From an uncultured bacterium (GTDB taxonomy: Bacteria > SAR324 > NAC60-12): 64,000 nt of DNA. The notes beneath the pieces are model-generated. The model was not told where the DNA came from. It saw only the letters and a list, made by a program, of their open reading frames with translations, and did not search any database. Of the stretch, positions 18,481 through 28,555 are shown piece by piece (within the stretch, counting starts at the first letter, position 1; each line of letters opens with the position of its first letter). The DNA lies in assembly GCA_965662845.1 (NCBI GenBank), contig CBFIJD010000009.1:1-64000 (forward strand), written 5' to 3'. The translations under genes and the position numbers were made by a program.

Positions 18481-19884
18481 TCAAGGCAAGTAACGGATTT
18501 GAATCGCGTCGATTTTTCCCTCACCCGCCAAGACATCTGATAGCACGACGACTTTTTCACCAGAAGCGAATTCTTCGCGAGTCTTCAAGAGTTGAAAAGC
18601 GTTCTGCAACGTCTTCTCGGGATCATCACTGAATGTAATTCGAAAGGGGTGGACATTGCGATTCAAAATCATGGTTCGACGCGCTTGGTTGACGTTGGTG
18701 AATGCATAAATTGACGCATTGCGTGGATGACAGTTCGTCAAATAGTCGGCCATGACTCCACGGCGAGTGATCACAACCAAGCCCCGAACCTGCATGTCTT
18801 CCGCTAGCTGAGCTGCGGCGATCGCCAAGTGCTGTTTGTCAGTGCGGGCGACAAGATTTTTAGTGAACTGCAGGCCCGGCTTGGCTTCTACGGTGCGCGC
18901 AATTTTCACCAGGTGCTCGACAGCACGCAGAGGATATTTCCCGATGGTCGTCTCCCCCGAGAGCATAATCGCGTCGGCTTCCTCGTAAATTGCGTTTGCG
19001 ACGTCAGTGACTTCGGCTCGGGTGGGAATGGGGTTATCAATCATTGATTCGAGCAAGTGGGTCGCGACAATGACGCGCCGTCCCCTCTCAGCGCACTTCT
19101 GAATGATTTGTCGCTGCACGATTGGCATTTGCTCAACTTGAATTTCGACGCCAAGATCGCCGCGCGCAACCATAATTCCGTCGGCTTCCTCGATGATTTC
19201 ATCCAAGTTTTTGACGCCTTCTTGGTCTTCAATTTTAGCGATGATTTTGGTTTTGCCAGCTTTGGCACCCATCAGTTGTTTGAGTTGGCGCACGTCGCTC
19301 GCCTCACGGACGAAAGAGAGGGCAATGAAGTCAACGTCGTGTTCTAAGCCAAACAAAATGTCTCGTTCATCTTTCGCCGTGATGGCGGGCAAATTGACCC
19401 GAATCCCTGGCAGGTTGACATGGCGTTTGCTCTTGAGGACGCCTCCGTCAATCACGCGGCAGCGCATCGTGAATTCTTCTTTGGCCAAGACCTCAAGGTT
19501 GATCAAGCCATTGTCGACTGTAATTTTGTCCCCTTCTTTGACCGTCTCAACGAGGTCGGTGTAGTCCACATGAATGGAGGTTTGCTCCACGTCGCTGCTA
19601 CCGCGCACAGAGACCGTGATTTCCTGTCCAGATTGCAGGTTCAGGTCATCGGCCAGGATACCCGTCCGGATCTCGGGGCCTTGTGTGTCCAGCAGAACGG
19701 GCACAGGAAATTTTGCTTTTTGATTCAGTGTCTTCACCCGTTTGATCACATTGGCGTGCCACTCATGATCGCCGTGGGACATATTGAGTCGCACGATGTT
19801 CATGCCGGCTTCATAGAGCTGTGTGAGCATGTCATACGATTCAGTAGCTGGGCCAATAGTGCAAATGATTTTGGTTTTGTTCAT
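18481..19884 (-). CDS. pyk: Pyruvate kinase
   Basis: KTKIICTIGPA, RLNMSHG, DTQGPEIRTG, IIAKIE, MVARGDLGVE, PTRAEVTDVANA, MLSGET. Confidence 0.97.
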   Translation of the reverse strand: MNKTKIICTIGPATESYDMLTQLYEAGMNIVRLNMSHGDHEWHANVIKRVKTLNQKAKFPVPVLLDTQGPEIRTGILADDLNLQSGQEITVSVRGSSDVEQTSIHVDYTDLVETVKEGDKITVDNGLINLEVLAKEEFTMRCRVIDGGVLKSKRHVNLPGIRVNLPAITAKDERDILFGLEHDVDFIALSFVREASDVRQLKQLMGAKAGKTKIIAKIEDQEGVKNLDEIIEEADGIMVARGDLGVEIQVEQMPIVQRQIIQKCAERGRRVIVATHLLESMIDNPIPTRAEVTDVANAIYEEADAIMLSGETTIGKYPLRAVEHLVKIARTVEAKPGLQFTKNLVARTDKQHLAIAAAQLAEDMQVRGLVVITRRGVMADYLTNCHPRNASIYAFTNVNQARRTMILNRNVHPFRITFSDDPEKTLQNAFQLLKTREEFASGEKVVVLSDVLAGEGKIDAIQIRYLP

Positions 19885-19921
19885 GAGGTGGTGCGGGTGG
19901 AAAGAGAATTGGTGATTAGTG

Positions 19922-20767
19922 TTACAGGGAGAGCTTGGAGTAGAGCGCTTTGCGCATCACTTCAACGGGGGCTGGTTGACTAGTCCAAAACGCAAAGGCT
20001 TCTGCGCCTTGGTATAACAACATGTCTGCTCCATTCAAATGAGGGAGCTTCCGCGCGCGCGCTTGTCGGAGCAGAGGGGTCTCAGAGGGTTGATAAATGA
20101 TGTCGACCACAGCATGAACGTCTTGAAACAAATGCAGATCCACGGGCAGGGAATGTCCGTCACTGCCGACAGTCGTTGTGTTCACGAGCAGGTCTAGCGT
20201 TTGTTGCTGTAATTCTTCCATCGAGACCACTTGAAAGTCGGTCTGGAAAAAGAATTCTCGCATGTCATCTAGCAGATTTGCAGCGCGCTCTGAGGTTCGG
20301 TTCCAGAGAAGGACTTGCTTCACGCCTGCCTCTGCCAAACCGACAGCGATGGCACGGGCGGAACCACCAGCCCCTAAGAGCCCAACGCACGCTCCGCGCA
20401 GGTTAGGGTGCAAGCTGTCCAAGGAGCGAATGAATCCGTGCGCATCGGTATTGGCTCCGACCAGATGGCCATGGTCGTTGCGAATCGTGTTGACCGCGCC
20501 AATACGCTGCGCCGTTGGAGTCACCGTGTCCAACAGAGGAAGAACGTCGCTCTTGAAAGGAACTGTGACGTTGATGCCGCACAGGTTGAGCCCACGGATG
20601 CCACGGATCGCCTCGGCGAGGTGCGCTCGTTCTACCGGAAACGGCACATAGACGGCGTCAAGATTGAGGCTTGCGAAGCCGGCGTTGTGCATGACAGGCG
20701 AGAGCGAGTGACTGACAGGATTCCCGATAACGCCATAAACTTGTGTGCTGCCTTTAAGAAAATCCAT
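19922..20767 (-). CDS. aroE: Shikimate dehydrogenase
   Basis: HSLSPVMHN, NVTVPFK, GAVNT, NTD, GAGGSAR, MLLYQG. Confidence 0.95.
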   Translation of the reverse strand: MDFLKGSTQVYGVIGNPVSHSLSPVMHNAGFASLNLDAVYVPFPVERAHLAEAIRGIRGLNLCGINVTVPFKSDVLPLLDTVTPTAQRIGAVNTIRNDHGHLVGANTDAHGFIRSLDSLHPNLRGACVGLLGAGGSARAIAVGLAEAGVKQVLLWNRTSERAANLLDDMREFFFQTDFQVVSMEELQQQTLDLLVNTTTVGSDGHSLPVDLHLFQDVHAVVDIIYQPSETPLLRQARARKLPHLNGADMLLYQGAEAFAFWTSQPAPVEVMRKALYSKLSL

Positions 20768-20771
20768 GTGT

Positions 20772-21041
20772 TCACTCTGCTTCGTTGAAGCGATTGTTGA
20801 TCAACTCCAAAACGGCGGCGAGGGCTGCTTCTTCGTCGCTCCCATGGGTTTCCACAGCGATCGTCGTCCCCTTGGTTGCGGCGAGCATCAGCACCTCCAT
20901 AATCGTTTTGGCGTTCGCTTGCTGAGGGCCTTTCTTGAGCGTGACGGAGGCCTGAAACTGCGTTGCGACTCGTACAAGTTGAGCCGCAGCGCGAGCGTGT
21001 AGACCAAGGCGGTTGATGATCTGCACGTCTTGAGAGGTCAT
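20772..21041 (-). CDS. ptsH: HPr family phosphocarrier protein
   Basis: GLHARAA (His15), NAKTIM, G.DEEAAL..F.E; start at ATG 21041 right after the metK stop. Confidence 0.9.
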   Translation of the reverse strand: MTSQDVQIINRLGLHARAAAQLVRVATQFQASVTLKKGPQQANAKTIMEVLMLAATKGTTIAVETHGSDEEAALAAVLELINNRFNEAE

Positions 21042-21042
21042 G

Positions 21043-22200
21043 TTACAGACCTGCTTGCTGGCGCAAGGCGGTCGCTTTGTCGGTGCGTTCCCAAGTGAAT
21101 TCGGGGATCTCTCGTCCAAAGTGGCCGTAAGCGGCGGTTTTTCGATAGATTGGGCGCAAGAGGTCGAGAGCCTGCACAAAACTACCGGGCTTGAGTTCAA
21201 AGTTATCGCGGATCAGTTTGGCGATTAACTCTTCATCCACTTTGTGAGTTCCAAAGGTGTCAACCGAGACCGAGACGGGCTCTGCGACGCCGATGGCGTA
21301 GGCGAGCTGCACCTCACATCGTGAAGCCAGACCTGCTGCGACCACGTTCTTGGCGACATAACGCGCGACATAAGCCGCGGAGCGGTCTACTTTAGAGGGG
21401 TCTTTGCCTGAGAAGGCCCCACCCCCGTGACGTCCCATCCCACCGTATGTATCAACGATGATCTTGCGCCCCGTTAATCCTGCGTCGCCTTGAGGGCCCC
21501 CGATGACGAAACGGCCGGTGGGGTTGAGGTGATATTTGATATTGCCTTGATCAAACTCGGGCGGGATGACTTGTGCAATCACCTCGCTGCGCAGGTCTTC
21601 ATGCAGTTTGGGCTGCTCAATTTCGGGGGCGTGCTGGGTGCTAATGACGACGGCGGTGACTTCGACCGGTTTGCCGTCTACATACCGAACCGTGACTTGG
21701 GATTTTCCGTCTGGACGAAGATAGGGCAGGATCCCGTTCTTGCGAACTTCGGTGAGGCGTGCGGTGAGGCGGTGCGCCAAGAGAACGGGCAGAGGCATCA
21801 GCTCTGGGGTCTCATCGCAAGCGAAGCCAAACATCAAGCCTTGGTCGCCGGCGCCTTGTTCTTTGTGCGCGGTTTCATCCACTCCCTGTGCAATGTCGGG
21901 AGACTGTCGGTCGAGCGCAATCAAGACGGCACAAGTGTGGTAGTCAAAGCCCATATCGGAGCTGGTGTAGCCAATCTCTTTGATAGTGCTGCGTACGATC
22001 TCTTGGAAGTCGACCTGTGCTTTGGTGGTGACTTCCCCAGCGATCACGGCCATGCCTGTGGTGACAAGGGTCTCGCAGGCGACGCGACTGTGAGGGTCTT
22101 CTCTCAACATTGCATCTAAAATCGCGTCGGAGATGTTGTCAGAAATTTTATCAGGGTGGCCTTCGGTGACACTTTCAGAGGTGAATAGCATTTCGGGCAT
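21043..22200 (-). CDS. metK: S-adenosylmethionine synthetase
   Basis: [42 protein letters not shown]. Confidence 0.98.
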   Translation of the reverse strand: MPEMLFTSESVTEGHPDKISDNISDAILDAMLREDPHSRVACETLVTTGMAVIAGEVTTKAQVDFQEIVRSTIKEIGYTSSDMGFDYHTCAVLIALDRQSPDIAQGVDETAHKEQGAGDQGLMFGFACDETPELMPLPVLLAHRLTARLTEVRKNGILPYLRPDGKSQVTVRYVDGKPVEVTAVVISTQHAPEIEQPKLHEDLRSEVIAQVIPPEFDQGNIKYHLNPTGRFVIGGPQGDAGLTGRKIIVDTYGGMGRHGGGAFSGKDPSKVDRSAAYVARYVAKNVVAAGLASRCEVQLAYAIGVAEPVSVSVDTFGTHKVDEELIAKLIRDNFELKPGSFVQALDLLRPIYRKTAAYGHFGREIPEFTWERTDKATALRQQAGL

Positions 22201-22365
22201 AGAATTCCGTTGGGTTGGTTACCATGAGGGCGAACAAAGGTAGGTGCTTGCGCACGTGGTGAGGCGCTGCTGGCAGAGATGGATAGGCTGTAAGGCAGGC
22301 CCTTGGTGGATGTTGCTCGCGCGGTTGCGAAAAGCCATGACGAATACGGAAAAGCATCCCGCTTG

Positions 22366-24696
22366 TCAAGTCTCCTGGGGGTTGACAACTAACTTAAACG
22401 AGCTTCGTTTAAACTCGCGTCGGTCTAGAATTTCAAGGTAGTGAGAAGCAAGCTGGTGTAAATTCTCCTCTTCCAAAAGAAAATCTTCTGGCGAGCAAAT
22501 ACGGAGCAGCTGCGAGAAATACAGACGCGCGTCAAAAACGTTCCGCTCATGATAGGCAAGGACGCCCAAGTGATACAACACTTGGGGTTGATTCGCGGCT
22601 AGCTCTAAACTTTTGAGCAAGGCGTCGCGGGCTTTATTGGGATCATCAATCGAGAGGTAGAGCTTGCCTGCTTCTAAAAACAATTGTGCTCGCTCAACAG
22701 AGGATAAATTGGGCTGCTGAACTAGCTCATCTAAGCTCTGCAAGAAGATGCCTGGGTTGCATTTTCGGTTTTGCACTCTTGGGAAGTTAAGAATGGTGAA
22801 GGCTGACAAATGCTCGTCTTCTTCTGAAAGTTTCAACATCTTTGCGGTGAGAACTTCTGCGTAAATCGTAGAGCGAAAACGGGCATCGGTGCGGAATTCA
22901 AGTTGCGCGTCACAGTTCTTACAGTGCAAGACATCTGGAAACCACAAGTCCTGATCCTGTAGCAGGCGCCGTTGCTCTAGCAACTCTGCATCAATGTATA
23001 GTTTGTGAATCGGGTAGTGATAGCCGCTCTGACAGGCAGAACAGTAAATTCTGACATGCGGATCGGTGTCTTGATGAAACTCTAATGGTTCATCAGGAGG
23101 TAACAAATCTTCTTTGTGGTGCAGCAAACAGAGCAAACAGAGCAGCTGCCGGACTGCGTTCTCCCCTTTGCGGTAGTATTGGAGCAGTGGCGGAATGAAT
23201 CGTTCATCAGGCACTTTCTCAATTAAATTCAAGAGCTGATTGAAATGATGATGAATCAACAAAGGAAAGTGTTCCAACGCGCGTTCAATCACACTTTGAT
23301 TGGGAAAGCGAACAAACAACTCTAAGGCGTAGTCCAGATGCTCATGCTGTCGTGTTTCGACTAATCCGGGAAACCACTGATCATAAGTGTGAGAGAGCTG
23401 GAGCAACAGCGGTTCAATTCGATACTGCCAAGGCCGAGGTAAAACCATTGGAAAAGGGTACGCTTCTTGGGATAGGTCAGGGTTGATCAAGCGAAGCAGT
23501 GCCTCTTTCGGTTGGTTGGAGACGGAGGGAGACAATTGCCCAACAATCGTTCGACGCGTTTCTTCTGGTAACTCCAGCAGGGCTTCGAGAAACAGTCTCA
23601 TCCACGTTTGCCGCAGTAACGGCGAATGATAAATCCGTAGCCCAGTTTCTAAGTTGAGCAGGGGATCTTCCAAAACCTCTGCTTCGCGCAAACGCAACCA
23701 ACCCGACAAAGGCAAGAACAACAAAAGCACAAACTCTTGATCCTGAATTTTCAAAATCGTCGCGTCCCAATCTTTCTCGGCAATTCTGTGAAACTCTTGC
23801 AGACAGACCCACTCTGGAGTCTCGGCGTGCTGCTCCAAAGAAGTCTCCATCAGCTCTTGCAGCGACTGCAGCAGCGTGCGGATCTCATTTTGTTTGCGAT
23901 GCAATTCAACCAACGACAAAACTCGCTGATAAGCGGACTCAATCGGCAAAGAGAGACTGCGCAAGCCTTCGAGATAGATCTCTTGAAGAGGAGTCCCAAA
24001 TTGCAGCTGCCCTTGCAGCCAGTTCAGCAATTCAGTGCAATCGAAGATGCTCGCCAGATGATGAAAAAACTGCGGGTCAGTGTAATGTACCCGAAAGAAG
24101 CGGTAGTGCTGCATCAACAGGTCGACTTGTCGAGCATTTTGGGCGCTCTGGCACAAGCTGCCGAACAGCGTAAGCGCTTTGAGGTGGTTTTCGCGTTGCG
24201 ACCACAACGCTTGTTCTAACCAAGCCCACGTCTTCAAATCTAATTCGTGTAGTAAGCAGTCAGCGGCACACTGTAAATCGGAAATTTGCAGCTCTTCAGC
24301 TTCCCAAAGGTTTGCAAACCAATGCTGAAGGGACGGTTGGACGGGCTCATATCCCATCTCAACTAAGGCTAAGGCGCAGGACTGCTTAATGGGCCCTGTA
24401 GAGCGATTGAACATGCCATAGAGGGGGAACGCAAATTTCTGTAGCTTGTGGCGTCCGATCAGATGCACGGCGGCTTCACGTACTTCTTGGATGTCGGATT
24501 CGAGGAGTAAGTGCACAAAGTCGGGCACCCGCTCTTGCCAGCACTCAATGAGTTGATATGTCGCCCACATCCGTACTTGGCGATGTTCCGAGCTGAGCAG
24601 CGCAAGCGTTTGCTCAAAGTTCAGCACGCGCACGTCGCTCGCTGCCGCGTTTATTTTTGGCAACTGTAAGCTTCCCTGACTTATGTCTGTTTCCAT
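22366..24696 (-). CDS. Hypothetical protein: N-terminal HEAT-like repeats, CxxC..CxxC zinc ribbon, C-terminal TPR-like helices
   Basis: Long ORF; EVREAAVHLIG and IKQSCALALVEMG (HEAT-like), CSAC..CKNC, ARDALLKSLELAANQPQVLYHLG (TPR-like); start uncertain. Confidence 0.7.
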   Translation of the reverse strand: METDISQGSLQLPKINAAASDVRVLNFEQTLALLSSEHRQVRMWATYQLIECWQERVPDFVHLLLESDIQEVREAAVHLIGRHKLQKFAFPLYGMFNRSTGPIKQSCALALVEMGYEPVQPSLQHWFANLWEAEELQISDLQCAADCLLHELDLKTWAWLEQALWSQRENHLKALTLFGSLCQSAQNARQVDLLMQHYRFFRVHYTDPQFFHHLASIFDCTELLNWLQGQLQFGTPLQEIYLEGLRSLSLPIESAYQRVLSLVELHRKQNEIRTLLQSLQELMETSLEQHAETPEWVCLQEFHRIAEKDWDATILKIQDQEFVLLLFLPLSGWLRLREAEVLEDPLLNLETGLRIYHSPLLRQTWMRLFLEALLELPEETRRTIVGQLSPSVSNQPKEALLRLINPDLSQEAYPFPMVLPRPWQYRIEPLLLQLSHTYDQWFPGLVETRQHEHLDYALELFVRFPNQSVIERALEHFPLLIHHHFNQLLNLIEKVPDERFIPPLLQYYRKGENAVRQLLCLLCLLHHKEDLLPPDEPLEFHQDTDPHVRIYCSACQSGYHYPIHKLYIDAELLEQRRLLQDQDLWFPDVLHCKNCDAQLEFRTDARFRSTIYAEVLTAKMLKLSEEDEHLSAFTILNFPRVQNRKCNPGIFLQSLDELVQQPNLSSVERAQLFLEAGKLYLSIDDPNKARDALLKSLELAANQPQVLYHLGVLAYHERNVFDARLYFSQLLRICSPEDFLLEEENLHQLASHYLEILDRREFKRSSFKLVVNPQET

Positions 24697-25837
24697 GCTC
24701 TCTGCACTGTATGTTCACATTCCGTTTTGTCACAGCATCTGTCCATTTTGTTCCTTTGCCGTAAGACGCAATCGCGCGACAGCACACAGCGGCTATTTGG
24801 AGGCTCTCCAGCAAGAACTGAAGCTGCGTTTGAGAGAGTCTGACGAAGTTCTGGCGCCGTTGCAAACTATCTACGTGGGGGGAGGCACGCCCTCTACCCT
24901 GACGAGCAAAGAAGTGCACCAGCTGATGCAAGCGATTCGCCAGCGCTGGGAATGCACTGCGGACATTGAGATTGCATTTGAGTGCAATCCTGAAGACGTA
25001 ACGCCAGAATATTTGGAGTCGCTTGGTTCGACGGGAATAACGCGCTTGAGTCTGGGGGGGCAGAGCTTCCAAGCCGAGACTCTGGAGCGTTTGCAACGAA
25101 ATCACTCGCGAGCACAATTATTGACAGCTCTTGAGCATTTGCACAACTTCGGCTGGCAGAACTTCAACCTTGATTTGATGTTTGGCATTCCGCAGCAACG
25201 CTTAGAACAGTTTCAAGAGGATGTGTCTCAAGCGTTGCAGTCGCAGCCGCAGCATGTGTCTCTTTATGGCTTAGAACTGCCCGCAAACACGCCTTTTGGA
25301 AAAGACGCTGACATCCAGCGCTGGAGCGAAGAGACCCAAGCACTGAGCGAGGAAATGTATCTCTGGGCAGTGAAAACGCTCACCCAAGCCGGGTGGCTCC
25401 ACTATGAAGTCTCTAACTTCGCGCGGCCTCAACACGAAGGACGGATGAATCAGCTAGTTTGGTCAGGGCAGCCCTATCTGGGGATCGGGGTCGGAGCCCA
25501 CTCGTTTGTAGGAAACCGCCGATGGGGAAATGTGCGTTCATTGCAAAAGTACCACGCCTCGCTACAGCGTGGAGACGCTCCGGTCGCTTTTGAAGAGAAC
25601 TTAACCGACTCGCAGCGGGCGAATGAGTTCCTTATGTTGCAGCTGCGGCAAACTCGCGGCCTCAACCTGCAAGTGTGGAAGGAGCGTTTTGCGCCGTCGG
25701 CTTGGAGTGAAACATACCGAGAGCTGCTGAATAAGTGGGAAGAGGTGGGCTTAGTGAGACAAGAGGCCGAGGTCTTGAAGCTGACGCCTAGGGGACTTCT
25801 GGTGGCGGATGCGTTGACGCTGGAGTTGAGCCTTTAG
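24695..25837 (+). CDS. hemW: Radical SAM heme chaperone HemW (HemN-like)
   Basis: LYVHIPFCHSICPFCSF, YVGGGTPS, ECNP, DLMFG.P, HYEVSNF, YLGIGVGAHS; start 24683 or 24695. Confidence 0.88.
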   Translation: MLSALYVHIPFCHSICPFCSFAVRRNRATAHSGYLEALQQELKLRLRESDEVLAPLQTIYVGGGTPSTLTSKEVHQLMQAIRQRWECTADIEIAFECNPEDVTPEYLESLGSTGITRLSLGGQSFQAETLERLQRNHSRAQLLTALEHLHNFGWQNFNLDLMFGIPQQRLEQFQEDVSQALQSQPQHVSLYGLELPANTPFGKDADIQRWSEETQALSEEMYLWAVKTLTQAGWLHYEVSNFARPQHEGRMNQLVWSGQPYLGIGVGAHSFVGNRRWGNVRSLQKYHASLQRGDAPVAFEENLTDSQRANEFLMLQLRQTRGLNLQVWKERFAPSAWSETYRELLNKWEEVGLVRQEAEVLKLTPRGLLVADALTLELSL

Positions 25838-26703
25838 CGCATCGTCGCGGCGCTCTCTTCCCACCAACGGATGTGCGTGGCGAGGCCTTCGGGGTGCAGA
25901 GTCTCCGAAGAACGGGTGGCGCTATGCGGAGCCAACAGGCCGCGTTCAAGGGGCCAGCTCTCAAGCGCCAAATGCAACGAAAAAGTGTTCATCGCTAAGG
26001 TCCGCAGACGCTCTTGCTCGGGCAGTCGCAAAAACGGGCTTTCCTCCCATCTGATTTGGCGTTGAGTGCGCTCCGCATAGAGCACGGCCTGAGGACGAGT
26101 GTGCGACAGCTGGAACATGGCGAGGCTGTCATGCAGCAAAAAACGATAAGACGGCAAAGCCGGCTCCCGCACCAACACCAACGCATGCTTCCAGTGATGC
26201 AGCCAGAACTGATGCTGCATATAGTAAGTAACCGCCGGACGCCACAACCAGTCAGTCTCCAATTGAATGCCCGCCAAGCCCTGCTTGATCGCAACTTGCT
26301 CTAGCCAATCTAAAAGCAGCTCCCCAATTTGTTGTCCTCGAAAAGCAGGCCGCACATAGACGCTCCCAATGAACAAGCGAGAGGTCAGCCATTGGGGGCG
26401 CCGCACCGCGACAATCCCAATGCGTTCGGAGCCCTGTACGATCCAAAATTGCAGAAATTCTTTCCACGCATTGGGGTGGATTTGAGACTCGGTTGGGAGT
26501 AAGCAGCGACGCAGCCAGTAGCGTCGCGTTGTGTCATCCCACTGCAAGGGGTCGGCTTCGTGGAAGCAGCGATGTTCCACCAAGATCGCCAGATCAAAGT
26601 CTGCCCAGAGCGCCCGCTCGTGTGCCTCAGGGCGGATTGGTTCTAAAAAGCCGCACTCGCTGATGGCGGCGCGGAGGGGATCGGTCGTCACAGCTGTCGA
26701 CAT
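25834..26703 (-). CDS. GNAT-family N-acetyltransferase with N- and C-terminal extensions
   Basis: Acetyl-CoA motif VYVRPAFRGQQIG..LL, A..YY...F. Confidence 0.75.
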   Translation of the reverse strand: MSTAVTTDPLRAAISECGFLEPIRPEAHERALWADFDLAILVEHRCFHEADPLQWDDTTRRYWLRRCLLPTESQIHPNAWKEFLQFWIVQGSERIGIVAVRRPQWLTSRLFIGSVYVRPAFRGQQIGELLLDWLEQVAIKQGLAGIQLETDWLWRPAVTYYMQHQFWLHHWKHALVLVREPALPSYRFLLHDSLAMFQLSHTRPQAVLYAERTQRQIRWEESPFLRLPEQERLRTLAMNTFSLHLALESWPLERGLLAPHSATRSSETLHPEGLATHIRWWEESAATMR

Positions 26704-26705
26704 AT

Positions 26706-27356
26706 TCAGGCAAGAAAGACTTCAGGAAGTTGTGCGAGAATGGCGTTGTGCACCGCTTCAATGGATGGCGTTGCGTCGATGGCACGGCAGCGTTCAGAGT
26801 GTTGCTCCACGAGCGTTTGGAAAGACGTGGCAACGCGCTGAAAAAATGCGGTGGATTCCTGATCGAAGCGCGTGGGCGCCTCGCTGTTCTTGTGTTGAGC
26901 ACGCTGTGTCAAACGCTGCTGGGCAAGCGGCACAGGAAGCTGCAACACAAATGTTCGATCTGGCGAATGCGGCGCGATCTGCTCGTGCACAATGGACTGC
27001 AAAAAACGCAGATCGAGCTGTCGCCCACCGCCTTGATACGCCACCGTCGAGTCGTGGAAGCGGTCGCTGATTACATGAGTTCCGCTTGCAAGCGCAGGCA
27101 GAATCCGCGTCTGTAGATGCTGAATGCGGTCAGCCAGATAGAGCAACAGCTCCGCGGCAGGCACGGGCGTTTCGATGTCTGGATGCAGCAACAGTCGCCG
27201 AATCTCTTGCCCAAGGGCGGTTCCTCCGGGCTCTCGTGTGAGCAGCACATTGTGTCCCAAGGACTGTAAGTGTTCGGCGAGGAGCCGCGCTTGCGTGCTT
27301 TTGCCGCAGCCATCCAGACCTTCTAGGGATAGAAAAATGCCGCGTGTAGAGTTCAT
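26706..27356 (-). CDS. tmk: Thymidylate kinase
   Basis: EGLDGCGKSTQ, TREPGGT, LYLADR.QH, DRF.DST.AYQG. Confidence 0.95.
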   Translation of the reverse strand: MNSTRGIFLSLEGLDGCGKSTQARLLAEHLQSLGHNVLLTREPGGTALGQEIRRLLLHPDIETPVPAAELLLYLADRIQHLQTRILPALASGTHVISDRFHDSTVAYQGGGRQLDLRFLQSIVHEQIAPHSPDRTFVLQLPVPLAQQRLTQRAQHKNSEAPTRFDQESTAFFQRVATSFQTLVEQHSERCRAIDATPSIEAVHNAILAQLPEVFLA

Positions 27357-28435
27357 GTGGGCTGCAACCGGAGGGGCAAGGTGACGCGGAACGTGGTGTG
27401 GCCAGGCTTGCTCTGCGCTTGAATTTCGCCTTGCAGCGCGTTGATCACGCCGTAAACGCGATACAGGCCGAGCCCTTTGCGTTGCGGACCATGCGTAGTG
27501 AAGAAGGGCTCAAACACTCGATCGAGATTTTCGGGAGCAATGCCAGGGCCGTTGTCGGTGATGGTCAACTGTTGCTGGCCTGCTTCTGCGCGGAGCTGCA
27601 CTTCAAGCTGTGGATTAGTGGTCTCTTGCAGGGCTTGCGCGGCGTTCCGAAACAATTCTCGCATCAAATCGAGGATTTGTTGTTTAGGCAAAAACGAAGC
27701 GGGCGTTTCAGAGTTTAACTCCAGTTGCCGCTCGGTGTTCTCTGGAAACTGGTCGCGCTCTGCTTCCAAAGCCTCGCCTACGAGCTGCGCGAGGGAGAGC
27801 AGCTCTGATGTCTCGGTAACACTCCAGAACTCGCGTTTGAGCTCATGAAGCAAGTCTGCCGCTCGCCGAATGCCGCTTTCACAAGTGTCGATGAAACGGA
27901 AGCTCTTGGGGGATAGCTCTTGTTTGGCGAAGAGCCGCAAGTTAGTGAGCGCCATCTGGGCGGCTCCTAGCGGATTGAACAGCTCGTGCCCGATTTGCAT
28001 CATCGAGTTGCCCATCGCGCGCCATTTCTCATTCAGCAATTGCTCTCGCCGCAAGCGTTGTAGCTGAAGGTGCGTATGAATCCGCGCCAGCACAATTTCT
28101 ACCTTGAACGGCTTGGTGATGTAGTCTACGGCGCCAATCTCCAGACCGTGGACCTCGTCTACGGTCTCGCTGAGAGCGGTCATAAAGATGATGGGGATCT
28201 CCCGCGTGTAGGGGTTCGAGCGGATGCGTCGGCACGTCTCAAAACCATCTAACTCTGGCATCATCACATCGAGCAGGATCAGATCGGGAGTGTCTCTTTC
28301 GAGGAGTTGAAGGGCATGTGTCCCGCTGGGACTGACGAGCACTTGGTAGTCTTGTCCGCTGAGAAAATCGAACAGGACGCCAAGATTTTGGGGCTGGTCG
28401 TCGACAAGGAGGATTTTGCCAGACTTTGCACTCAT
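27353..28435 (-). CDS. Hybrid response regulator / histidine kinase (REC-HisKA-HATPase)
   Basis: LLVDD, LLDVMMP, DYITKPF; HELFNPL, RNAAQA, DNGPGI, FEPFFTT, GLGL. Confidence 0.9.
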   Translation of the reverse strand: MSAKSGKILLVDDQPQNLGVLFDFLSGQDYQVLVSPSGTHALQLLERDTPDLILLDVMMPELDGFETCRRIRSNPYTREIPIIFMTALSETVDEVHGLEIGAVDYITKPFKVEIVLARIHTHLQLQRLRREQLLNEKWRAMGNSMMQIGHELFNPLGAAQMALTNLRLFAKQELSPKSFRFIDTCESGIRRAADLLHELKREFWSVTETSELLSLAQLVGEALEAERDQFPENTERQLELNSETPASFLPKQQILDLMRELFRNAAQALQETTNPQLEVQLRAEAGQQQLTITDNGPGIAPENLDRVFEPFFTTHGPQRKGLGLYRVYGVINALQGEIQAQSKPGHTTFRVTLPLRLQPT

Positions 28436-28555
28436 AACGCTTCAAGGACAGATTAGAGAAAATTCGGGTGCTGCAGGAACGTGACCATTTTGGAGTCGTA
28501 CAGCGTGCCTTCATCCTCCTGCTCGCTGAAGCACAGGCAACTTCTGAGGTGAAGG

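Noticed and set aside
22201..22365. Possible SAM riboswitch upstream of metK
   Set aside because: I read the minus strand and found no SAM-I core (AUC..GAG, GCAACC, GUGC) in the right arrangement and no recognisable SAM-II/V pattern; a TTGACA at 22364-22369 has only a poor -10. An Rfam scan would settle it.
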